NCBI GenBank assembly: GCA_963786955.1
Contig: CAWBAT010000002.1
Span: 107,874-171,873, forward strand
Length of the DNA: 64,000 bases
From: an uncultured Acidimicrobiia bacterium
Lineage (GTDB): Bacteria; Acidobacteriota; Terriglobia; Versatilivoradales; Versatilivoraceae
Direction: 5' to 3'
Numbering within the stretch: the first letter of the stretch is position 1; every line of letters starts with the position of its first letter. A program made the translations under genes and the position numbers. The notes under the pieces are model-generated. The model was not told the DNA's origin, ran no database searches, and saw nothing but the letters and a program-made list of their open reading frames with translations. Of this stretch, positions 29,799 to 39,431 are shown piece by piece.

Positions 29799-32700
29799 GT
29801 GCCGCCGCTGATTAAAGATTACGTTGAATTCCGGAAAGTTGAGCTTCTCAGCTCGCTCACCTCGTCTAATCAAGGGGAATGTCTCAACACCTTCTTGCCC
29901 ACCGACGCGTTGATTGAACTCTTGAGTCGGATTCTAGAAGCGATTCATGGCAAGTTACAGGCAGAAGAGAATACCACCCAAGAGCCTTCATCCGTCATTT
30001 TAGCAGGAGGCCACGGAGTTGGTAAAAGCCACTTGCTGGCGGTCATCTTCAGTTTAATCAACCAAAGAGGCGGTCTAACTCATGGCCTGGACGATCCTCG
30101 CGTCCAATCACAGATTGCATCCCTGAGAGAGATCGAACCGCTCTGCATCTGGATCGATTTGGGGGGAAACCCGAAATTATCATTGCCCGAGTTGGTTCTC
30201 ACTCGTATCCACGAGGAGTTTACGAAACGCTTTGATCGCGAAGTTTTCGATCCTGCCCTAATTGCTGGTATTGACACGATCAAAGCACATGAGTTAATCA
30301 CGTTCAATATAGGTTCCCAGAGGCCCCTACTCTTAATCATTGACGGCCTCTCCAATCGCGCTAACCAACGGGAAATTCGCGAATTAAATGAAGACCTCGA
30401 GTTCTTGAGCTTCATGGGCTATAGCTCCAAATCCGCTCGTCTATTCTTGCTGGTGGCCGCTCACGAAGATTTTTTCTCCCCCAAGAGTCCGCTCGGTATC
30501 GACAACACCTTGATGGCTCAAACTCTGGAAAATTTCAGAATTGACTGGATTGATCGCAGCAATCTCCGTGAGATTATTGGTCGTTATATCTTCAAAAAGA
30601 ACCCTCGACAACAGCAGGATGTCAGAAAGCTGCACAGCTTTATCAAGGCAAAGCTTCCAAATTTTCAGTACTCTGAAAACGAATTTTGCGAAGCCTATCC
30701 GTTTCATCCGCTGATATTCGATCTGGCAGAGAAGATCAAAAACAAACTGCCGGGATTCTCACTGCTGGATTTTGTCAATACCATCTACCCCAAGGTAGCC
30801 AGTTATCGTGCAATCAGTCTCGTGACGATTGAGGCAATCTTCGATCGGATGGAATTTGAAATGAAGTCGGCTCCTCAGGGCCAAAGACTCTACAGTCTCT
30901 ACCAAAACCTGGTGGACCAAGTAGTCCCCCGCCTTCAAGATCGTTACCGACTTTGGGGAAAGATGCTCTTAAAGGCCATTTATCTCTTTACTTTATCGGA
31001 TCGGTCCGCAACCGTTCGCGATTTGGCAGATGCACTTCTCCTTTTTGAAGACAGTGAGGGTTTGAGTTACAACGTGGTCGGGATGCTGCTCGCCCAAATG
31101 GAGCGAGCGAGCGAAAATGCTTTTACGACTTCCGATGACCGACTGGATCGCAGCTATCGACTGGGCGCCACGGATGTTCGGCAAGAACTGGACCGCTACT
31201 TCCAAGGCATCGCTGCGCAGATCCCGGATTCTGATTCCAGGTTGGGAGGGCTCTTAATGGAGGCGGCCGGCGATATATTTTCCGACTGGCCTGCAGAGAG
31301 AGATCAGACCAAAACTTCTGCTCGAAATCCTGTCTCCACTCAGCTTTTCTGGCGAGGTTCAAAGAGAACAGGTTGGCTTGCCCCTTCGCCCCGATTTCAA
31401 TCGACCTTGGCAGACAATCGTCTCGAGCCCCTAGACAACTCTGCTCTCTCCGCGCAGCTACCGGAACTACTCGATTCGGATGTCGAAGATAAAGGATTGC
31501 TGGAACCCGCTGTCCCTCCGGTGTACCCGCCTGAATGGATCTTGTGGTTTGAACCGGCCTCTTGGTTGGGAGGGGCCGAGGACAGCTTGCGTCCGCAAAA
31601 GGTAACCGAAATTTTTTGGCTTCCAGCCACCCCAGACGGAAATGAGATCGAATTGCTCAAGAAAGCTCTGGCCTTGCGTCTTACCGAGCGATCAGCCTCC
31701 AATGACTTTTCGGCTTCTGATGTTCGATCTTTCCACGAGGAACTTCGAGGGAATGTTGCCAATCTCTTTCGAGAGCTTTACATTTCTCGAGGCAGGATTA
31801 TCACCTACGGGCGAACTCAATCTTTCAATCAAGGTCACTTGGAATGCCGGACATTCCTTTCCTTTCTCAATTACTTGTTTCGCCCTAATTTTGACCAACT
31901 GTATTCGCTTCATCCTGACTTTGGCGGAGAATCCCTTACCGAAAGTCATATCTTAACCTTATCCCGGGGACTCTTTGCAGGCCAGGACCCAACCAACTCA
32001 GAAGTCCAACGTTTGGCTGCAAAGTTCGCACTACCACTTGGTCTGGTGACCCAACTGGATGGCCTCTTTGAACTCAATCTGACGCTCACTCCACCCGCGT
32101 TCTTGACGCACCTCGTACAAAACCTGGAACATTTAGACGCTTCTGAAAGACCTATCGAGTCCCTCTTCGAGCTGGTTCGCCGTTCTCCATATGGTTTAGA
32201 CAAGAATGCTCTTTCTTTGATACTTCTGGCGCTCGTCGCAGACGGTCAGATTGAATTAGTTGATCCAGAGTCAAATGTGACGCTCGGGCGTGAGACCCTA
32301 GCATCCATCGATGTATCCGATCAGTATTCACACTTCAGAAGAATCCCATTTCATAAAGATTATCCCTCTGAGATCCTCACCCAATGGTGTCGCTTGATCA
32401 CCGGGCGGCAGGATCTCACGGATATCTCTACCAGCCGCGGACGAGAAGCCGCGACTAAAGCCTTGGGAGAATGGCTTCGCAACTGGAAGAGCCTGGGCAT
32501 CTCACGGCGGCTAGAGACTCTTCACAACGACCTGTTAACCAACCAGATGTGGAGGATCATGACCTGGACGCGGCAACGATTTGAGAAAGTCGCTGAATAC
32601 ACGGAGTTGATCTTGCAACGCGAGCTATTACTGATCCAAGGGATCGGGAAAATCATTGACCTGTTCGCTGAAAATAGCGTTCTCCTGGAAAAGGCTTCTC

Positions 32701-33545
32701 GCGATCTTGTCGAGGCTTCCCATTTCATTCATTGGACTGAAAGTTATCTGGAAAACAGAAAATATCTTCTGGCATCCGACAAAACTTTGAAACCAGAAAT
32801 TGAAGGAAACCGTGAGCGCCTGCTGCAGTTGATCGAATCACCGCATAGCCTAATCAGCGCCGATCAGCGCAATGCTTTTGACACCACGTTTCGCGAATTC
32901 AAAGAGTTGTATATCGACTACTATTCCACCGAACATGACCGGTACGTGGGTGCCTTAGGGCATTTCGAGCTGCTCAAAGAGGTAGAGAACTCCATCGAGA
33001 TGCGGAATCTTCAACTCCTTTCCTCTTTGCCGTTAGGAGACACTTCCTTTCTGATCAATCTGCAGGAATGGGTCGCTGGAATTCGGGATCATCAATGTAT
33101 TTTGCCAACCCGAGATCTGCTGCAGCACAATCCGCGCTGCCAATGCAGTTTCAAACTGTCGAGACCGCTCGAAATTGCAGAGGTGGTGAAAGACCTAAAG
33201 TTTTTTGTTGACCTCGGAATTGACTACCACCGCCAGATTGTGGCAGGGTTTCGAGACGCCATCGGCCAAAATCTAAAGAGAGGCAATGGCAAAGAGATTG
33301 AGGAGGCCGAATCGATTCGGAGTCTTCTTGAGAATGAGCAAGTTCCCGAACTGAGTCAACAAGCTGTTAACCAGATCCAGTCCATCCTCGAAGGGTCCCT
33401 GACCGAAGAGAAAATCAATTCTCCTCTTCCTGCCCTCATGCCGAACGGTCACTTCCGCAAGCGGGAACTCGCAGCTAGAATCCAAAAGTGGCTCGAAAGT
33501 CTTTCCGACGATGAAAGGGTGGTCTTTTCGCTCCGCGATTTCTAA
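29799..33545 (+). CDS. Large P-loop ATPase, BrxC/PglY/DUF6079-like (orphan)
   Basis: Walker A GGHGVGKSH; Walker B region LLLIIDG; YPFHP motif; helical C-terminus with C..C.C zinc-like motif (CILP..PRCQCSF). Confidence 0.6.
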   Translation: MPPLIKDYVEFRKVELLSSLTSSNQGECLNTFLPTDALIELLSRILEAIHGKLQAEENTTQEPSSVILAGGHGVGKSHLLAVIFSLINQRGGLTHGLDDPRVQSQIASLREIEPLCIWIDLGGNPKLSLPELVLTRIHEEFTKRFDREVFDPALIAGIDTIKAHELITFNIGSQRPLLLIIDGLSNRANQREIRELNEDLEFLSFMGYSSKSARLFLLVAAHEDFFSPKSPLGIDNTLMAQTLENFRIDWIDRSNLREIIGRYIFKKNPRQQQDVRKLHSFIKAKLPNFQYSENEFCEAYPFHPLIFDLAEKIKNKLPGFSLLDFVNTIYPKVASYRAISLVTIEAIFDRMEFEMKSAPQGQRLYSLYQNLVDQVVPRLQDRYRLWGKMLLKAIYLFTLSDRSATVRDLADALLLFEDSEGLSYNVVGMLLAQMERASENAFTTSDDRLDRSYRLGATDVRQELDRYFQGIAAQIPDSDSRLGGLLMEAAGDIFSDWPAERDQTKTSARNPVSTQLFWRGSKRTGWLAPSPRFQSTLADNRLEPLDNSALSAQLPELLDSDVEDKGLLEPAVPPVYPPEWILWFEPASWLGGAEDSLRPQKVTEIFWLPATPDGNEIELLKKALALRLTERSASNDFSASDVRSFHEELRGNVANLFRELYISRGRIITYGRTQSFNQGHLECRTFLSFLNYLFRPNFDQLYSLHPDFGGESLTESHILTLSRGLFAGQDPTNSEVQRLAAKFALPLGLVTQLDGLFELNLTLTPPAFLTHLVQNLEHLDASERPIESLFELVRRSPYGLDKNALSLILLALVADGQIELVDPESNVTLGRETLASIDVSDQYSHFRRIPFHKDYPSEILTQWCRLITGRQDLTDISTSRGREAATKALGEWLRNWKSLGISRRLETLHNDLLTNQMWRIMTWTRQRFEKVAEYTELILQRELLLIQGIGKIIDLFAENSVLLEKASRDLVEASHFIHWTESYLENRKYLLASDKTLKPEIEGNRERLLQLIESPHSLISADQRNAFDTTFREFKELYIDYYSTEHDRYVGALGHFELLKEVENSIEMRNLQLLSSLPLGDTSFLINLQEWVAGIRDHQCILPTRDLLQHNPRCQCSFKLSRPLEIAEVVKDLKFFVDLGIDYHRQIVAGFRDAIGQNLKRGNGKEIEEAESIRSLLENEQVPELSQQAVNQIQSILEGSLTEEKINSPLPALMPNGHFRKRELAARIQKWLESLSDDERVVFSLRDF

Positions 33546-33696
33546 AGACTTCTGATCCATTTCCTGGATTCAACTCCCGGCACACCGCAATCAGACGCCG
33601 CATCATTTTTGCACTGGTTTCCTTCCCCATCGTCCCCATTCGTCCTCCCTCTTCCAGTTTTATTCATTCCAATGTATCCTCTTGGGGGAGCAAATT

Positions 33697-34788
33697 ATGC
33701 CGACAACCATGAATAGTGATATCAAAAACAAAGCCATGAGTGCCCGTCAAACCCTGGACGCCTGGACGCGCGAAGTCGTTCAATGGCATTTCGATCCGGA
33801 AACCGGCTGTCCATTCTGGCTGGAATATGCAAAAACCTTGGATTGGGATCCGCGGTGTGAGATTCAGTCCTACGACGATCTCTCACGCTTTGGTAATTTT
33901 CAAGATGAGTGGTTACGGGGAGGGCCCGTGCGTCGCTGGGTTCCCAGAGCCTATGCCAAAAGTCCGATCTCTATTTTCGAGACTGGAGGCAGCACGGGAG
34001 TTCCTAAGTCGAGAATCAATATCGAAGATTTTCGAATTGATTATGAAGCCTTTAGTGCCACTCTTCCGGATGATGCGTTTCCCCGTGGCGCCGACTGGCT
34101 CTCGATAGGTCCAACTGGCCCCCGGCGTCTCCGCTTGGCCGTGGAACACCTGGCACAATTTCGCGGCGGCATCTGCTTTATGGTTGATCTTGATCCGCGT
34201 TGGGTTATCAAATTGATCAAAATGGGCGAATTGAAATTGGCGGAACTCTACAAACAACACGTGATCGACCAGGCGTTGACGTTGTTGCGCGCACATCCCA
34301 ATATCCAGTGCCTGTTTACAACGCCAAAACTGCTGGAAGCCCTCTGTGAAAAAGTTTCCCTAAAGAAAATGGGGATCCGGGGGGTTTTCTGCGGGGGAAC
34401 GGAAATGACCCCGCAATTCTATCGTTTCGCCGTTGAAGAGCTACTGGAAGGCGCTTATTTCGCACCTACCTATGGAAATACTTTGATGGGATTAGCTGTG
34501 CATAAACCCCGGGCGAATGAGGACAATTATGCGGTCATCTATTATCCTCCGTCACCGCGGGCTATGATCGAAGTGGTCGACCCTAACCAGCCGGACCATG
34601 TTGTGGCATATGGTCAAACAGGACGAGTTCGCCTGACGACCCTGACTCGCGAATTTTTTATGCCGCGTTTCCTTGAACGCGATGAAGCCGAGCGGGAGCC
34701 GGTGTGTGCCCTTTATCCGTGGGATGGGGTTCGTAACGTGCGCCCATTTTCGAAGTACCAATCCACCGTCGTCGAGGGAGTGTATTAA
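33697..34788 (+). CDS. EhpF/GriC-like adenylating enzyme (truncated ANL/PaaK-like fold)
   Basis: WHFDPETGCPFW, P-loop ETGGSTGVPK, DLDPRWV, GGTEM, YGNTLMG, G..GRV..TTL..E.F.P..LERD. Confidence 0.75.
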   Translation: MPTTMNSDIKNKAMSARQTLDAWTREVVQWHFDPETGCPFWLEYAKTLDWDPRCEIQSYDDLSRFGNFQDEWLRGGPVRRWVPRAYAKSPISIFETGGSTGVPKSRINIEDFRIDYEAFSATLPDDAFPRGADWLSIGPTGPRRLRLAVEHLAQFRGGICFMVDLDPRWVIKLIKMGELKLAELYKQHVIDQALTLLRAHPNIQCLFTTPKLLEALCEKVSLKKMGIRGVFCGGTEMTPQFYRFAVEELLEGAYFAPTYGNTLMGLAVHKPRANEDNYAVIYYPPSPRAMIEVVDPNQPDHVVAYGQTGRVRLTTLTREFFMPRFLERDEAEREPVCALYPWDGVRNVRPFSKYQSTVVEGVY

Positions 34789-34824
34789 TGTAGACCCATG
34801 AATTGTTGTTTGCCAGTCATTCTT

Positions 34825-34962
34825 CACCCCCTTGTAGTCCCCCCTTTTCACACAAGGAAGGGGAACGTCATTTTTCAGAAGAGCATCTATGCCGCCTTGT
34901 GCTGCGCCACGACCGATGAGAACAATCGTCCCCCCTTTGACAAAGGGGGACTTCAGGGGGGT
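34825..34962. repeat. Family A CCCCCTT/AAGGGGG REP-like doublet
   Basis: ACCCCCTTGTAGTCCCCCCTT ... AAGGGGGACTTCAGGGGGGT inverted arms. Confidence 0.7.
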
Positions 34963-35104
34963 GGGTGCTGGATTTGTAATACTATTTATTGTGTTTGGAT
35001 GTGTTTCCTTTTCTATTGTGCCTTGATCCAGTCGTCGTGTCCGAAATGTCGTTCTGTCCGAAGGACCCTCAATTTTCGAAATCGTGCTTAACCGGAGATT
35101 TGTG

Positions 35105-36535
35105 ATGATCCATATCCCCCTGCTCAGACGAGGAATATGCTATCAGAGTCTTGACGTGGTGCGGCTTCCGCATTATCAAACTCGAGAACCCTTTGTCGAG
35201 CTCAGTCAAGCCAATATTGGATTGATTCGGCGTGATCTCCTGCATCAGATAGAGAGCCGGGCAGATCTGCAACAATTCTCAACCCAGGAACTTCTCGACA
35301 TATGTAAAAAAGCGGCCGACTTCTTTGCCAAGTCCACCTTGCCGCTAGGGGATGCCCGCCAGACACCTGAAGATTATATTCGCCAGGTTTCTGCAACGAC
35401 AGGTCTTCCTTTCGCTTTGGCCCGCAAAAACCTCAACAAGATTCAGGGAGTCATGTCTCAAATGGAGACGGTTCTGAATGGGATGACCCGCCACCTCGAT
35501 TTTGAGATTCTCGATCAGGGTTTCGGAAAGCTGAATGGCACGGCACTGAGTTATTATGCGAGAACAAACTCACTAGGAGTGGTTCTGCCCAGCAACTCTC
35601 CGGGAGTGCACTCCCTTTGGGTACCCGCAGTACCCCTTAAAATCCCTCTCGTTCTCAAGCCCGGGAGTGGCGAGCCCTGGACGCCTTATCGGCTTGCACA
35701 AGCAATGATTCAGGCAGGGTGCCCACCGAGCGCATTCAGTTATTTTCCCACCGATCATGCGGGTGGCGCCGAAATTCTGCGACAGTGCGGTCGGGGAATG
35801 GTTTTTGGAGATACCGCCTCTACCAGCATTTGGAACAATGATCCGCGAGTCGAAGTTCATGGGCCGGGCTACAGTAAAATCGTCATTGGAGAAGATTGCA
35901 TCGAAGAGTGGGAGCGATTTATAGATGTCATTGTGGCTTCGATCGTTGAAAATGGCGGCCGGTCCTGCGTGAACGCCTCAGGGGTGTGGGTGCCCAAGTA
36001 TGCCGCGAAGATTGCCGAAGCCCTCGCCTTCCGTCTGGCCCAAATTGCTCCACGGAGTTCCGAAGACGAAGCGGCCGAACTCGCCCCATTTGCAGATCCT
36101 AGAGTGGCGGAGCGAATGGCGCTTCAAATTGAGCAAGGTCTTGCCCAACCGGGAGCCCGCGACGTTACCGCTACTTATCGCTCCGGAGGCAGTCTCGTGA
36201 ATTGGCAAGGTTGCTCCTATCTTGTTCCGACCATTGTTTTGTGCGACTCTCCGGAGCATCCACTCGCAAATCGGGAGTATTTGTTCCCATTCGCGAGCAT
36301 CATCGAGATAGGCCAAAACCAGATTCCGGAAGCACTCGGGAAAAGCTTGGTCGTGACGGCTATTACACGCGACTCTAGGCTTATCGAGCGTTTGATCGCC
36401 TCGCCATTGGTCGACCGTCTGAACCTGGGGCCCATTCCGACCTATCAAATCGCCTGGGACCAGCCTCACGAAGGGAACCTCTTTGAACATCTATACTCCC
36501 GGCGAGCTTTCCAGAGCCCAATTGAAGCGGCCTGA
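35105..36535 (+). CDS. EhpG/GriD-like acyl reductase (aldehyde dehydrogenase superfamily)
   Basis: VLPSNSPGVH, LKPG..EPWTP, HGPGYSK, catalytic Cys in NGGRSCVNAS, EYLFPF, QPHEGNL. Confidence 0.8.
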   Translation: MIHIPLLRRGICYQSLDVVRLPHYQTREPFVELSQANIGLIRRDLLHQIESRADLQQFSTQELLDICKKAADFFAKSTLPLGDARQTPEDYIRQVSATTGLPFALARKNLNKIQGVMSQMETVLNGMTRHLDFEILDQGFGKLNGTALSYYARTNSLGVVLPSNSPGVHSLWVPAVPLKIPLVLKPGSGEPWTPYRLAQAMIQAGCPPSAFSYFPTDHAGGAEILRQCGRGMVFGDTASTSIWNNDPRVEVHGPGYSKIVIGEDCIEEWERFIDVIVASIVENGGRSCVNASGVWVPKYAAKIAEALAFRLAQIAPRSSEDEAAELAPFADPRVAERMALQIEQGLAQPGARDVTATYRSGGSLVNWQGCSYLVPTIVLCDSPEHPLANREYLFPFASIIEIGQNQIPEALGKSLVVTAITRDSRLIERLIASPLVDRLNLGPIPTYQIAWDQPHEGNLFEHLYSRRAFQSPIEAA

Positions 36536-36576
36536 CTCAGTAATCCGTCGCTTCCATTTGAATCGAGGCGGTTTGG

Positions 36577-37116
36577 ATGATGAGCCAAACACTTGTTCTA
36601 TCTTTTGTTCTCCGCACGATCTTCCTTGATGACATGAGCACTTCTTTCAAATCGATTCTTTTCACCCTGATCGCTTTAACTTTTATCATTGCGGGAATTC
36701 CGTTTCTTTTGCATCACTTTGGATTGCTGCAATGGACCATGGCTCCATGGACCACGGCAATGCCGGGTGCATTGACATCACTTCTTGGACTTTTGATCTA
36801 CATCCTCTGTGCGAGAGACTTCGCCCGCTTTGGCCGAGGGACACCTGCCGTTTGGGACCCACCCAAAACATTTGTTTCGCATGGTCTTTACCGTCTCGTT
36901 CGTAACCCTATGTATCTGGGAATTGTCTTGATCGTCATCGGAGAAGCGTGTTTCTTTCATTCTCGCCCTCTGTTAATCATCTCTCTGTCCATCTGGCTGC
37001 TGTTTCACGGTTTTGTCCTTTTTTATGAGGAGCCCACGCTCACTAAGAAATTTGGAGATTCGTATCGCCAGTATTGCTTGCAAGTTTCCCGCTGGCTTCC
37101 CCGTTGGCCTGGATGA
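36577..37116 (+). CDS. ICMT/PEMT family membrane methyltransferase
   Basis: GRGTPAVWDPP, GLYRLVRNPMYLG, YEEPTL..FG.SY..Y..V.RWLP; start may be 36634. Confidence 0.85.
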   Translation: MMSQTLVLSFVLRTIFLDDMSTSFKSILFTLIALTFIIAGIPFLLHHFGLLQWTMAPWTTAMPGALTSLLGLLIYILCARDFARFGRGTPAVWDPPKTFVSHGLYRLVRNPMYLGIVLIVIGEACFFHSRPLLIISLSIWLLFHGFVLFYEEPTLTKKFGDSYRQYCLQVSRWLPRWPG

Positions 37117-37125
37117 GTCTATTTT

Positions 37126-38415
37126 ATGAAAATTCTTTATATCACTGCTGGAGCGGCAGGAATGTATTGCGGTAGTTGTCTCTTGGATAATGCCTTAGCC
37201 GCTGAGATGATGGCCCAGCGCCATGATGTGATTCTGTTGCCAGTCTATACACCGACGCGGACGGATGACAAGAATGTAAGTCACCAGCGTGTATTTTTTA
37301 GCGGCATTAGTATTTACTTGGAGCAGTATCTGTCTTTCTTTCGGAAGACCCCTTGGCTGGTTGATCGCCTTTGGGAGTCTTCGTGGCTCCTCAAGATGTT
37401 TTCCGGAAGGGGAATTTCCCCGGATCCAACGCTGTTGGGGGAACTCACCGTGTCCATGCTAAAAGGGGAAGCGGGAAATTTGAAAAAAGAATTTCAGAAA
37501 CTGGCGGAATGGGTTCGGACCGAGATCCCTCCGGATATGATTCACTTACCCAATTCCCTGCTGATCAGTATGGCGAGGCCCATTCGTGAGGTTCTGCAAC
37601 GACCCGTCTGCTGCACTATCCAAGGAGAGGATCTCTTTATCAGCCGTCTTCAAGAACAGTACCGTCAGCAAGCGGTAGATCTTATTTCCTCACAGGTTCA
37701 GTTTGTGGATGCTTTCATATTTTCTAATGATTCTTATGCGGATCAGATGTCCCGACTTTTCTCGATCCCTCAAAGCAAGGTGTTCACGATCCCTTTCGGG
37801 ATCAATCTCTCCAGCTTTTCCAGCCAGGCTCGCACCACTTCTTCCCCGTTTACCGTGGGCTTCTTTGCCCGAATCGCCCCGGAAAAGGGGTTGCACGTCC
37901 TAAGTGGCGCTTATTGCCAGTTGCGGAAGAAAGGGCTTCTGCCAAAATCGAAGCTGGAGGTTGGTGGCTACTTGGGAGCTGAGCAGCGGAGCTATCTGAA
38001 TGAAATTGTCGAGACGATGCGGCAAGCGGGATTGTCGAGCGAATTTCAGTATCACGGAGCTCTCGGGAAGACAGAGAAGGCCAACTTTTACAGAACGCTG
38101 GATGTTTTTTCGCTCCCCGCGATTTATGACGAACCCAAGGGGCTGTCTGCGCTTGAAGCAATGGCCAGCGGTGTACCGGTTTTGCTCCCCCGGCGCGGCG
38201 CCTTTATTGAGATGATCGAAAAGACCTCAGGCGGCCTCCTGTACAATCCCGAGGATCATGACAGTTTGGCGCAAGCCATCCATCGGGTATATTCGGACCG
38301 CGCCATGGCACAAGTGCTCGCTGTCAATGGACTGAAAGGGGTTAGGGAACACTATAGCATCGCGCGCATGGCCCACAATGTCTTGGGAGTTTACCAGAAA
38401 TTGGGAGGAAGCTAG
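37126..38415 (+). CDS. Glycosyltransferase family 4 with N-terminal CxxC
   Basis: RIAPEKG, EPKGLSALEAMASGVPV GT-B motif; N-terminal GMYCGSCLLDN. Confidence 0.88.
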   Translation: MKILYITAGAAGMYCGSCLLDNALAAEMMAQRHDVILLPVYTPTRTDDKNVSHQRVFFSGISIYLEQYLSFFRKTPWLVDRLWESSWLLKMFSGRGISPDPTLLGELTVSMLKGEAGNLKKEFQKLAEWVRTEIPPDMIHLPNSLLISMARPIREVLQRPVCCTIQGEDLFISRLQEQYRQQAVDLISSQVQFVDAFIFSNDSYADQMSRLFSIPQSKVFTIPFGINLSSFSSQARTTSSPFTVGFFARIAPEKGLHVLSGAYCQLRKKGLLPKSKLEVGGYLGAEQRSYLNEIVETMRQAGLSSEFQYHGALGKTEKANFYRTLDVFSLPAIYDEPKGLSALEAMASGVPVLLPRRGAFIEMIEKTSGGLLYNPEDHDSLAQAIHRVYSDRAMAQVLAVNGLKGVREHYSIARMAHNVLGVYQKLGGS

Positions 38416-38420
38416 TCCTT

Positions 38421-38565
38421 AGTACTGCGCTTCAGAAATTCGTTGACGTTAACGCCGGGTCGGTGACCCGGCCTACACCTTTGTAGGCTTGGGGCTTTCT
38501 CAAAGCCCCAACCTCACCCGGCGCCTATCTCGAGATACGTAACCGTATTTATGAAGCAGAGTACT
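38421..38565. mobile_element. ~145-bp MITE-like element enclosing a GTAG REP doublet (copy 2)
   Basis: AGTACTGCGCTTCAGAAATTCGTTGACGT ... ACGTAACCGTATTTATGAAGCAGAGTACT TIRs; core near-identical to 6564-6709. Confidence 0.8.
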
Positions 38566-38737
38566 GAGCGGCAGAAGTCCATGTTGGTGCTGCGTAAACG
38601 CTGGGGCCGGCCGCGATCTACCTCCCCGGCTGCAGAAGTTACCGCAAAATGATGTACCTTAAAATGAGCGGGACGAAATTGCATGGGTACCTTGAAACAA
38701 CAGCCCGCCGAACGGCGCCTAAGAAAGGAAGCCATCA

Positions 38738-39403
38738 TTGCTTGAAATTGACAACCTGAGCAAAAGCTATCCGTCTCCGCAAGGAATCCTGCCGGTGCTT
38801 TCGGATATTTCTCTGACGTTACGTTCCGGAGACGCTGTTTCCATTATGGGTCCCTCAGGCAGTGGCAAGAGTACGCTACTCTATATTCTTGGTGCCCTGG
38901 AACCGCCAACTCAAGGCACCGTGCAGTTGGACGGAGTGAACCCATTCCAACTTCGCGAACTCGAGCTTTCTCGCTTTCGGAACCAAAAAATCGGGTTTAT
39001 TTTTCAAGATCATTGTCTCTTGCCGCAATGCAACGTGCTCGAAAACGTTCTTATTCCATCGCTGGTTGCCCCGGGCAGATTTGATTATCGGCAACGCGCC
39101 CAGGACCTATTGGAGAAGGTCGGTTTGAGTGACCGCCTGGAACATCTTCCTGCTGAACTTTCCGGGGGCGAAAAACAACGCGTTGCTTTGGCCCGTGCTC
39201 TCATCTGCAAGCCTTCCCTACTCCTTTGTGATGAGCCGACAGGAAATCTGGACCGCCTGTCAGCGGAAAGTGTGACAACGTTGTTACTCGATATCCATCG
39301 TCGTGAGAGCGACATTCTCATCTTCGTGACTCACAACCCGGACTTGGCTGCCAGGTTTCCGCTCCGCTTTACCATGCACGACCGGCAACTGGAAGGGATG
39401 TAG
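38738..39403 (+). CDS. ABC transporter ATP-binding protein (LolD/MacB-like)
   Basis: [32 protein letters not shown]. Confidence 0.93.
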   Translation: MLEIDNLSKSYPSPQGILPVLSDISLTLRSGDAVSIMGPSGSGKSTLLYILGALEPPTQGTVQLDGVNPFQLRELELSRFRNQKIGFIFQDHCLLPQCNVLENVLIPSLVAPGRFDYRQRAQDLLEKVGLSDRLEHLPAELSGGEKQRVALARALICKPSLLLCDEPTGNLDRLSAESVTTLLLDIHRRESDILIFVTHNPDLAARFPLRFTMHDRQLEGM

Positions 39404-39431
39404 ATCGTTACACGGTATCGAAATATTCTTC

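Noticed and set aside
33697-36535. Phenazine or luciferase (luxCE) biosynthetic cluster
   Set aside because: No phzA-G or luxAB/luxD genes in the window; only the reductase-like pair is present.
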